A stretch of 64,000 nucleotides of DNA from NCBI RefSeq assembly GCF_009914755.1, contig NC_060926.1; one strand, 5' to 3'. The notes below the pieces were generated by a model that did no database searches, was not told where the DNA came from, and was given only the letters and a program-made list of their open reading frames with translations. The translations under genes and the position numbers were made by a program. The DNA comes from the human T2T-CHM13v2.0 reference genome, Homo sapiens. Below are positions 52,901-64,000 of the stretch, piece by piece (position 1 is the first letter of the stretch; the number at the start of each line of letters is the position of its first letter).

Positions 52901-55900
52901 ACTTTTTCATGATGTATCTATTCAGCTAAAAGAGTTGAACCTTTCTTTTGAGAGAACAGTTTTGAAACAATATTTTTGTGGAATCTGCAAGTGGATATTT
53001 GTCTAGCTTTGAGGATTTCGTTGGAAACGGGATTACATATAAAAAGCAGACAGCAGCATTCCCAGAAAGTTCTTTGTGAAATTTGCATTCAAGTCACAGA
53101 CTTGAACATTCCATTTCATAGAGCAGGTTTGAAACACTCTTTTTGTAGTATCTGGATGTGGACATTTGGAGCGCTTTCAGGCCTATGGTGAAAAAAGAAA
53201 TATCTTCCCTTGAAAACTAGACAGAAGCATTCTCAGAAACTTATTTGTGATGTGCGCCCTCAACTAACAGTGTTGAACCTTTCTTTTGATAGAGCAGTTT
53301 TGAAACACTCTTTTTGTAAAATCTGCAAGAGGATATTTGGATAGCTTTGAGGATTGCGTTGGAAACGGGATTGTCTTCATATAGAATCTAGACAGAAGCA
53401 TTCTCAGAAGCTTCATTGGGATGTTTCAATTGAAGTCACAGTGTTGAACAGTCCCTTTGATAGAGCAGGTTTGAAAAACTTTTTTTGTAGTATCTGGAAG
53501 TGGACATTTGGAGCGTTCTCAGGACTACAGTGAAAAAGGAAATATCTTCCAATAAAAGCTAGGTAGAAGCAATGTCAGAAAGTTTTTCATGATGTATCCA
53601 CTCAGCTAACAGAGTTGAACCTTTCTTTTGAGAGAGCAGTTTTGAAACACTCTTTTTGTGGAATCTGCAAGTGGATATTTGTCTAACTTTGAGGATTGCG
53701 TTGGAAACGGGATTACATTTAAAAAGCAGACAGCAGCATTCCCAGAAACTTCTTTGTGATATTTGCATTGAAGTCACATAGTTGAACATTCCCTTTCATA
53801 GAGCAGATTTGAAACACTCTTTTTGTAGTATCAGGATGTGGACATTTGGAGCGCTTTCAGGCCTATGGTGAAAAAGGAAATATCTTCCCCTGAAAACTAG
53901 ACAGAAGCATTCTCAGAAACTTATTTGTGATGTGCGCCCTCAACTAACAGTGTTAAACCTTTCTTTTGATAGAGTAGTTTTGAAACACTCTTTTTGTAAA
54001 ATCTGCAAGAGGATATTTGGATAGCTTTGAGGATTTCGTTGGAAACGGGATTGTCTTCATATAAACTCTAGACAGTAGCATTCTCAGAAGCTACATTGGG
54101 ATGTTTCAACTGAAGTCACAGTGTTGAACAGTCCCTTTCATAGAGCAGGTTTGAAACACTCTTTTTGTAGTATCTGGAAGTGGACATTTGGAGCGCTCTC
54201 AGGACTACGGTGAAAAAGGAAATATCTTCCAATAAAAGCTAGATAGAAGCAATGTCAGAAACTTTTTCATGATGTATCTACTCAGCTAACAGAGTTGAAC
54301 CTTTCTTTTGAGAGAGCAGTTTTTGAACACTCTTTTTGTGGAATCTGCAAGTGGATATTTGTCTAGCTTTGAGGATTTCGTTGGAAACGGGATTACATAT
54401 AAAAAGCAGACAGCAGCATTCCCAGAAACTTCTTTGTGATGTTTGCATTGAAGTCACAGAGTTGAACATTCCCTTTCATAGAGCAGGTTTGAAACACTCT
54501 TTTTGTAGTATCTGGATGTGGACATTTGGAGCGCTTTCAAGCCTATGGTGAAAAAGGAAATATCTTCCCCAGAAAACTAGACAGAAGCATTCTCAGAAAC
54601 TTATTTGTGATGTGCGCCCTCAACTAACAGTGTTAAACCTTTCTTTTCATAGAGTAGTTTTGAAACACTCTTTTTGTAAAATCTGCAAGAGGATATTTGG
54701 ATAGCTTTGAGGATTTCGTTGGAAACGGGATTGTCTTCATATAAAATCTAGACAGAAGCATTCTCAGAAGCTTCATTGGGATGTTTCAATTGAAGTCACA
54801 GTGTTGAACAGTCCCTTTCATAGAGCAGGTTTGAAATACTCTTTTTGTAGTATCTGGAAGTGGACATTTGGAGCGCTCTCAGGACTACGGTGAAAAAGGA
54901 AATATCTTCCAATAAAAGCTAGATAGAAGCAATATCAGAAACTTTTTTATGACGTATCTACTCAGCTAACAGAGTTGAACCTTTCTTTTGAGAGAGCAGT
55001 TTTGAAACACTCTTTTTGTGGAATCTGCAAGTGGATATTTGTCTAGCTTTGAGGATTTCGTTGGAAACGGGATTACATATAAAAAGCAGACAGCAGCATT
55101 CCCAGAAACTACTTTGTGATGTTTGCATTCAAGTCACAGAGTTGAACATTCCCTTTCATAGAGCAGATTTGAAACACTCTTTTTGTAGTATCTGGATGTG
55201 GACATTTGGAGCGCTTTCAGGCCTATGGTGAAAAAGGAAGTATCTTCCCATGAAAACTAGACAGAAGCATTCTCAGAAACTTATTTGTGATGTGCGCCCT
55301 CAACTAACAGTGTTGAAGCTTTCTTTTGGTAGAGCAGTTTTGAGACACTCTTTTTGTAAAATCTGCAAGAGGATATTTGGATAGCTTTGAGGATTTCGTT
55401 GGAAACGGGATTGTCTTCATATAAACTCTAGACAGAAGCATTCTCAGAAGCTTCATTGGGATGTTTCAATTGAAGTCACAGTGTTGAACAGTCCCTTTCA
55501 TAGAGCAGGTTTGAAACACTCTTTTTGTAGTATCTGGAAGTGGACATTTGGAGAGTTCTCAGGACTACGGTGAAAAAGGAAATATCTTCCAATAAAAGTT
55601 AGATAGAAGCAATCTCAGAAACTTTTTCATGATGTATCTACTCAGCTAACAGAGTTGAACCTTTCTTTTGAGAGAGCCGTTTTGAAACACTCTTTTGTGG
55701 AATCTGGAAGTGGATATTTGTCTAGTTTGAGGATTTCGTTGGAAACGGGATTACATATAAAAAGCAGACAGAAGCATTCCCAGAAACTTCTTTGTGATGT
55801 TTGCATTCAAGTCACAGAGTTGAACATTCCCTTTCTTAGAGCAGGTTTGAAACACTCTTTTTGTAGTATCTGGATGTGGACATTTGGAGCGCTTTCAGGC

Positions 55901-57825
55901 CTATGGTGAAAAAGGAAATATCTTCCCCTGAAAACTAGACAGAAGCATTCTCAGAAACTTATTTGTGATGCGCACCCTCAACTAACAGTGTTGAAGCTTT
56001 CTTTTGATAGAGCAGTTTTGAAACACTCTTTTTGTAAAATCTGCAAGAGGATATTTGGATAGCTTTGAGGATTTCGGTGGAAATGGGATTGTCTTCATAT
56101 AAACTCTAGACAGTAGCATTCTCAGAAGCTTCATTGGGATGTTTCAATTGAAGTCACAGTGTTGAACAGTCCCTTTCATAGAGCAGGTTTGAAACACTCT
56201 TTTTGTAGCATCTGGAAGTGGACATTTGGAGCGCTCTCAGGGCTACGGTGAAAAAGGAAATATCTTCCAATAAAAGCTAGATAGAAGCAATGTGAGAAAC
56301 TTTTTCATGATGTATGTACTCAGCTAAAAGAGTTGAACCTTTCTTTTGAGAGAGCAGTTTTGAAACACTCTTTTTGTGGAATCTGCAAGTGGATATTTGT
56401 CTAGCTTTGAGGATTTCTTTGGAAACGGGATTACATATAAAAAGCAGACAGCAGCATTCCCAGAAACTTCTTTGTGATGTTTGCATTCAAGTCACAGAGT
56501 TGAACATTCCCTTTCATAGAGCAGGTTTGAAACACTCTTTTTGTAGTATCTGGATGTGGACATTTGGAGCGCTCTCAGGCCTATGGTGAAAAAGGAAATA
56601 TCTTCCCCTGAAAACTAGACAGAAGCATTCTCAGAAACTTATTTGTGATGTGCGCCCTCAACTAACAGTGTTGAACTTTTCTTTTGATAGAGCAGTTTTG
56701 AAACACTCTTTTTGTAAAATCTGCAAGAGGATATTTGGATAGCTTTGAGGATTTCGTTGGAAACGGGATTGTCTTCATATACAATCTAGACAGAAGCATT
56801 CTCAGAAGCTTCATTGGGATGTTTCAATTGAAGTCACAGTGTTGAACAGTCCCTTTCGTAGAGCAGGTTTGAAACACTCTTTTTGTAATATCTGGAAGTG
56901 GAGATTTGGAGCGCTCTCAGGACTACGGTGAAAAAGGAAATATCTTCCAATAAAAGCTAGATAGAAGCAATGTCAGAAACTTTTTCATGATGTATCTACT
57001 CAGCTAACAGAGTTGGACCTTTTTTTTGAGAGAAAAGTTTTGAAACACTCTTTTTGTTGGATCTGCAGGTGGATATTTGTCTAGCTTTGAGGATTTCGTT
57101 GGAAACGGGATTACATATAAAAAGCAGACAGCAGCATTCCCAGAAACTTCTTTGTGATGTTTGCATTCAAGTCACAGAGTTGAACATTCCCTTTCATAGA
57201 GCAGGTTTGAAACACTCTTTTTGTAGTATCTGGATGTGGACATTTGGAGCGCTTTCAGGCCTATGGTGAAAAAGGAAATATCTTCCCCTGAAAACTAGAC
57301 AGAAGCATTCTCAGAAACTTATTTGTGATGTGCGCCCTCAACTAACAGTGTTGAACCTTTCTTTTGATAGAGTAGTTTTGAAACACTCTTTTTGTAAAAT
57401 CTGCAAGAGGATATTTGGATAGCTTTGAGTATTTCGTTGGAAACGGGATTGTCTTCATATAAACTCTAGACAGTAGCATTCTGAGAAGCTTCATTGGGAT
57501 GTTTCAATTGAAGTCACAGTGTTGAACAGTGCCTTTCATAGAGCAGGTTTGAAACACTCTTTTTGTAGCATCTGGAAGTGGACATTTGGAGCGCTCTCAG
57601 GACTACGGTGAAAAAGGAAATATCTTCCAATAAAAGCTAGATAGAAGCAATGTGAGAAACTTTTTCATGATGTATCTACTCAGCTAAAAGAGTTGAACCT
57701 TTCTTTTCAGAGAGCAGTTTTGAAACACTCTTTTTGTGGAATCTGCAAGTGGATATTTGTCTAGCTTTGAGGATTTCTTTGGAAACGGGATTACATATAA
57801 AAAGCAGACAGCAGCATTCCCAGAA
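46950..57825 (+). repeat. Near-perfect tandem duplication of an 8-HOR block (5438 bp)
   Basis: ORF pairs 47538/52976, 48121/53559, 48898/54336, 49578/55016, 50217/55655, 50936/56374 and 51616/57054 are identical, including two 1-bp deletions. The junction lies between 52341 and 52433. Confidence 0.93.
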
Positions 57826-60800
57826 ACTTCTTTGTGATGTTTGCATTCAAGTCACAGAGTTGAACATTCCCTTTCATAGAGCAGGTTTGAAACACTCTTT
57901 TTGTAGTATCTGGATGTGGACATTTGGAGCGCTCTCAGGCCTATGGTGAAAAAGGAAATATCTTCCCCTGAAAACTAGACAGAAGCATTCTCAGAAACTT
58001 ATTTGTGATGTGCGCCCTCAACTAACAGTGTTGAACTTTTCTTTTGATAGAGCAGTTTTGAAACACTCTTTTTGTAAAATCTGCAAGAGGATATTTGGAT
58101 AGCTTTGAGGATTTCGTTGGAAACGGGATTGTCTTCATATAAAATCTAGACAGAAGCATTCTCAGAAGCTTCATTGGGATGTTTCAATTGAAGTCACAGT
58201 GTTGAACAGTCCCTTTCGTAGAGCAGGTTTGAAACACTCTTTTTGTAATATCTGGAAGTGGAGATTTGGAGCGCTCTCAGGACTACGGTGAAAAAGGAAA
58301 TATCTTCCAATAAAAGCTAGACAGAAGCAATGTCAGAAACTTTTTCATGATGTATCTACTCAGCTAACAGAGTTGAACCTTTTTTTTGAGAGAGCCGTTT
58401 TGAAACACTCTTTTTGTTGGATCTGCAGGTGCATATTTGTCTAGCTTTGAGGATTTCGTTGGAAACGGGATTACATATAAAAAGCAGACAGCAGCATTCC
58501 CAGAAACTTCTTTGTGATGTTTGCATTCAAGTCACAGAGTTGAACATTCCCTTTCATAGAGCAGGTTTGAAACACTCTTTTTGTAGTATCTGGATGTGGA
58601 CATTTGGAGCGCTCTCAGGCCTATGGTGAAAAAGGAAATATCTTCCCCTGAAAACTAGACAGAAGCATTCTCAGAAACTTATTTGTGATGTGCGCCGTCA
58701 ACTAACAGTGTTGAACCTTTCTTTTGATAGAGTAGTTTTGAAACACTCTTTTTGTAAAATCTGCAAGAGGATATTTGGATAGCTTTGAGTATTTCGTTGG
58801 AAACGGGATTGTCTTCATATAAACTCTAGACAGTAGCATTCTGAGAAGCTTCATTGGGATGTTTCAATTGAAGTCACAGTTTTGAACAGTCCCTTTCATA
58901 GAGCAGGTTTGAAACACTCTTTTTGTAGCATCTGGAAGTGGACATTTGGAGCGCTCTCAGGACTACGGTAAAAAAGGAAATATCTTCCAATAAAAGCTAG
59001 ATAGAAGCAATGTGAGAAACTATTTCATGATGTATCTACTCAGCTAAAAGAGTTGAACCTTTCTTTTGAGAGAGCAGTTTTGAAACACTCTTTTTGTGGG
59101 ATCTGCAAGTGGATATTTGTCTAGCTTTGAGGATTTCTTTGGAAACGGGATTACATATAAAAAGCAGACAGCAGCATTCCCAGAAACTTCTTTGTGATGT
59201 TTGCATTCAAGTCACAGAGTTGAACATTCCCTTTCATAGAGCAGGTTTGAAACACTCTTTTTGTAGTATCTGGATGTGGACATTTGGAGCGCTCTCAGGC
59301 CTATGGTGAAAAAGGAAATATCTTCCCCTGAAAACTAGACAGAAGCATTCTCAGAAACTTATTTGTGATGTGCGCCCTCAACTAACACTGTTGAACTTTT
59401 CTTTTGATAGAGCAGTTTTGAAACACTCTTTTTGTAAAATCTGCAAGAGGATATTTGGATAGCTTTGAGGATTTCGTTGGAAACGGGATTGTCTTCATAT
59501 AAAATCTAGACAGAAGTATTCTCAGAAGCTTCATTGGGATGTTTCAATTGAAGTCACAGTGTTGAACAGTCCCTTTCATAGAGCATGTTTGAAACAATCT
59601 TTTTGTAGTATCTGGAAGTGGACATTTGGAGCGCTCTCAGGACTACGGTGAAAAAGGAAATATCTTCCAAATAAAGCTAGATAGAAGGAATGTCAGAAAA
59701 TTTTTCATGATGTATCTATTCAGCTAACAGAGTTGAACCTTTCTTTTGACAGAGCAGTTTTGAAACACTCTTTTTGTGGAATCTGCAAGTGGATATTTGT
59801 CTAGCTTTGAGGATTTCGTTGGAAACGGGATTACATATAAAAAGCAGACAGCAGCATTCCCAGAAAGTTCTTTGTGAAATTTGCATTCAAGTCACAGAGT
59901 TGAACATTCCCTTTCATAGAGCAGGTTTGAAACACTCTTTTTGTAGTATCTGGATGTGGACATTTGGAGCGCTTTCAGGCCTATGGTGAAAAAGGAAATA
60001 TCTTCCCCTGAAAACTAGACAGAAGCATTCTCAGAAACTTATTTGTGATGTGCCCCCTCAACTAACAGTGTTAAACCTTTCTTTTGATAGAGTAGTTTTG
60101 AAACACTCTTTTTGTAAAATCTGCAATAGGATATTTGGATATCTTTGAGGATTTCTTTGGAAACGGGATTGTCTTCATATAAACTCTAGACTGAAGCATT
60201 CTCAGAAGCTTCATTGGGATGTTTCAATTGAAGTCACAGTGTTGAACAGTCCCTTTCATAAAGCAGGTTTGAAACACTCTTTTTGTAGTATCTGGAAGTG
60301 GACATTTGGATCGCTCTCAGGACTACGGTGAAAAAGGAAATATCTTCCAATAAAAGCTAGATAGAAGCAATGTCAGAAACTTTTTCATGATGTATCTACT
60401 CAGCTAACAGAGTTGAACCTTTCTTTTGACAGAGCAGTTTTGAAACACTCTTTTTGTGGAATCTGCAAGTGGATATTTGTCTAGCTTTGAGGATTTCGTT
60501 GGAAACGGGATTACATATAAAAAGCAGACAGCAGCATTCCCAGAAACTTCTTTGTGATGTTTGCATTCAAGTCACAGAGTTGAACATTCCCTTTCATAGA
60601 GCAGGTTTGAAACACTCTTTTTGTAGTATCTGGATGTGGACATTTGGAGCGCTTTCAGGCCTATGGTGAAAAAGGTAATATCTTCCCCTGAAAACTAGAC
60701 AGAAGCATTCTCAGAATCTTATTTCTGATGTGCGCCCTCAACTAACAGTGTTGAAGCTTTCTTTTGATAGAGCAGTTTTGAAACCCTCTTTTTGTAAAAT

Positions 60801-63800
60801 CTGCAAGAGGATATTTGGATAGCTTTGAGGATTTCGTTGGAAACGGTATTGTCTTCATATAAACTCTAGACAGAAGCATTCTCAGAAGCTTTATTGGGAT
60901 GTTTCAATTGAAGTCACAGTGTTGAACAGTCCCTTTCATAGAGCAGGTTTGAAACACTCTTTTTGTAGTATCTGGAAGTGGACATTTGGAGCGCTCTCAG
61001 GACTACGGTGAAAAAGGAAATATGTTCCAATAAAAGCTAGATAGAAGCAATGTCAGAAACATTTTCATCATGTATCTACTCAGCTAACAGAGTTGAACCT
61101 TTCTTTTGAGAGAGCAGTTTTGAAACACTCTTTTTGTGGAATCTGCAAATGGATATTTGTCTAGCTTTAAGGATTTCACTGGAAACGGGATTATATATAA
61201 AAAGCAGACAGCAGCATTCCCAGAAACTTCTTTGTGATGTTTGCATTCAAGTCACAGAGTTGAACATTCCGTTTCATAGAGCAGGTTTGAAACACTCTTT
61301 TTGTAGTATCTGGATGTGGATATTTGGAGTGCTTTCAGGCCTATGGTGAAGAAGGAAATATCTTCCCCTGAAAACTAGACAGAAGCATTCTCAGAATCTT
61401 ATTTGTGATGTGCGCCCTCAACTAACAGTGTTGAACTTTTCTTTTGATAGAGCAGTTTTGAAACACTCTTTTTGTAAAATCTGCAAGAGGATATTTGGAT
61501 AGCTTTGAGGATTTCGTTGGAAACGGGATTGTCTTCATATAAAATCTAGACAGAAGCATTCTCAGAAGCTTCATTGGGATGTTTCAATTGAAGTCACAGT
61601 GTTGAACAGTCCCTTTCATAGAGCAGGTTTGAAACACTCTTTTTGTAGTATCTGGAAGTGGACATTTGGAGGGCTCTCAGGACTACGGTGAAAAAGGAAA
61701 TATCTTCCAATAAAAGCTAGATAGAAGCAATGTCAGAAACTTTTTCATGACGTATCTACTCAGGTAACAGAGTTGAACCTTTCTTTTGAGAGAGCAGTTT
61801 TGAAACACTCTTTTTGTGGAATCTGCAAGTGGATATTTGTCTAGCTTTGAGGATTTCGTTGGAAACGGGATTACATATAAAAAGCAGACAGCAGCATTCC
61901 CAGAAACTTCTTTGTGATGTTTGCATTCAAGTCACAGAGTTTAACATTCCCTTTCATAGAGCAGGTTTGAAACACTCTTTTTGTAGTATGTGGATGTGGA
62001 CATTTGGAGCGCTTTCAGGCCTATGGGGAAAAAGGAAATATCTTCCCCTGAAAACTAGGCAGAAGCATTCTCAGAAACTTATTTGTGGTGTGCGCCCTCA
62101 ACTAACAGTGTTGAAGCTTTCTTTTGATAGAGCAGTTTTGAAACACTCTTTTTGAAAAATCTGCAAGAGGATATTTGGATAGCTTTGAGGATTTCGTTGG
62201 AAACGGGATTGTTTTCATATACAATCTAGACAGAAGCATTCTCAGAAGCTTCATTGGGATGTTTCAATTGAAGTCACAGTGTTGAACAGTCCCTTTCGTA
62301 GAGCAGGTTTGAAACACTCTTTTTGTAATATCTGGAAGTGGACATTTTGAGCGTTCTCAGGACTACGGTGAAAAAGGAAATATCTTCCAATAAAAGCTAG
62401 ATAGAAGTAATGTCAGAAACTTTTTCATGATGTATCTGCTCAGCTAACAGAGGTGAACCTTTCTTTTGAGAGAGCCGTTTTGAAACACTCTTTTTGTTGG
62501 ATCTGCAGGTGGATATTTGTCTAGGTTTGAGGATTTCGTTGGAAACGGGATTACATATAAAAAGCAGACAGCAGCATTCCCAGAAACTTCTTTGTGATGT
62601 TTGCATTCAAGTCACAGAGTTGAACATTCCCTTTCATAGAGCAGGTTTGAAACACTCTTTTTGTAGTATCTGGATGTGGACATTTGGAGCGCTCTCAGGC
62701 CTATGGTGAAAAAGGAAATATCTTCCCCTGCAAACTAGACAGAAGCATTCTCAGAAACTTATTTGTGATGTGCGCCCTCAACTAACAATGTTGAACCTTT
62801 CTTTTGATAGAGTAGTTTTGAAACACTCTTTTTGTAAAATCTGCAAGAGGATATTTGGATAGCATTGAGGATTTCGTTGGAAACGGGATTGTCTTCATAT
62901 AAACTCTAGACAGTAGCATTCTGATAAGCTTCATTGGGATGTTTCAATTGAAGTCACAGTGTTGAACAGTCACTTTCATAGAGCAGGTTTGAAACACTCT
63001 TTTTGTAGCATCTGGAAGTGGACATTTGGAGCGCTCTCAGGACTACGGTGAAAAAGGAAATATCTTCCAATAAAAGCTAGATAGAAGAAATGTGAGAAAG
63101 TTTTTCATGATGTATCCACTCAGCTAAAAGAGTTGAACCTTTCTTTTGAGAGAGCAGTTTTGAAACACTCTTTTTGTGGAATCTGCAAGTGGATATTTGT
63201 CTAGCTTTGAGGATTTCGTTGGAAACGGGATTACATATAAAAAGCAGACAGCAGCATTCCCAGAAACTTCTTTGTGATGTTTGCATTCAAGTCACAGAGT
63301 TGAACATTCCCTTTCATAGAGCAGGTTTGAAACACTCTTTTTGTAGTGTCTGGATTTGGACATTTGGAGCCCTTTCAGGCCTATGGTGAAAAAGGAAATA
63401 TCTTCCACTGAAAACTAGACAGAAGTATTATCAGAAACTTATTTGTGATGTGCGCCCTCAACTAACAGTGTTGAAGCTTTCTTTTGATAGAGCAGTTTTG
63501 AAATATTCTTTTTGTAAAATCTGCAAGAAGATATTTGGATAGCTTTGAGGATTTCGTTGGAAACGGGATTGTCTTCATGTTAACCCTAGACAGTAGCATT
63601 CTCAGAAGCTTCATTGGGATGTTTCAATTGAAGTCACAGTGTTGAACAGTCCCTTTCATAGAGCAGGTTTGAAACACTCTTTTTGTAGCATCTGAAAGTG
63701 GACATTTGGAGCGTTCTCAGGACTACGGTGAAAAAGGAAATATCTTCCAATAAAAGCTAGATAGAAGCAATATCAGAAACTTTTTCATGATGTATCTACT

Positions 63801-64000
63801 CAGCTAAAAGAGTTGAACCTTTCTTTTGAGAGAGCAGTTGTGAAACACTATTTTTGTGGAAACTGCAAGTGGATATTTGTCTAGCTTTGAGGATTTCGTT
63901 GGAAACGGGATTACATATAAAATCAGATAGCAGCATTCCCAGAAAGTTCTTTGTGAAATTTGCATTCAAGTCACAGACTTGAACATTCCCTTTCATAGAG

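Larger units (their letters stand above)
1..64000 (+). repeat. D2Z1: Centromeric alpha-satellite HOR array; 680-bp tetramer, about 94 copies; SF2 type, probably human chr2 D2Z1
   Basis: The ~171-bp monomers with alphoid motifs (cattctcagaaact, tttgaaacactctttttg, gtggacatttggagcgc) run end to end, and ORF starts recur every 680 bp (640, 1320, 2680, 3360, ...). CENP-B and pJalpha boxes alternate, and each HOR has a constant HindIII site (aagctt) and a frequent XbaI site (tctaga). Alpha-satellite identity is essentially certain. The D2Z1 assignment rests on recalled knowledge that the live chr2 array is a 680-bp SF2 4-mer (about 0.8 confidence). Confidence 0.97.

Noticed and set aside
640-63389. 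About 90 near-identical 60-122 aa ORFs (MWNLQVDICLALRISLETGLHIKSRQQ...) resembling a tandem gene family
   Set aside because: These are chance frames in satellite DNA. Most start at TTG or GTG rather than ATG, some copies are broken by stops or frameshifts (e.g. ~4720, ~33939, ~48218, ~50258), and there is no gene context. Similar database 'proteins' would be spurious alphoid translations.
1-64000. CRISPR-like regularly spaced conserved motifs
   Set aside because: The intervening sequences are themselves repeats rather than unique spacers, the period is 171/340/680 bp, and there are no cas genes.
1-64000. Embedded transposon (L1/Alu), inversion or foreign insert
   Set aside because: HOR phase can be followed continuously on the + strand. 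Every spacing deviation is explained by 1-2 bp indels or two-monomer variants, and I saw no non-alphoid segment.

Overview
The whole 64 kb window is one uninterrupted, single-orientation array of primate (almost certainly human) centromeric alpha satellite. The basic unit is a 680-bp four-monomer higher-order repeat (HOR; 171+171+171+167 bp, about 94 copies). CENP-B boxes (TTTCGTTGGAAACGGGA) in monomers 2 and 4 alternate with pJalpha motifs (CTAYGGTGAAAAAGGAA) in monomers 1 and 3. This best fits the suprachromosomal-family-2 array D2Z1 of chromosome 2 (from recall, not a database search). I see no genes, RNA genes, transposons, CRISPR arrays or inversions, and the ORF track is a by-product of the repeat. 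I found no new gene-based system. The interesting content is the array's readable history: nested tandem super-duplications of 9, 11, 6 and 8 HORs, three 338-bp dimer variants and one 1022-bp hexamer variant with breakpoints in inter-monomer identity tracts, a five-times-amplified cassette with three consecutive disrupted CENP-B boxes, nascent or relic 1360-bp and 2040-bp periodicities, and apparent gene-conversion tracts. All comparisons were made by eye, so breakpoints are intervals and identities are unquantified.
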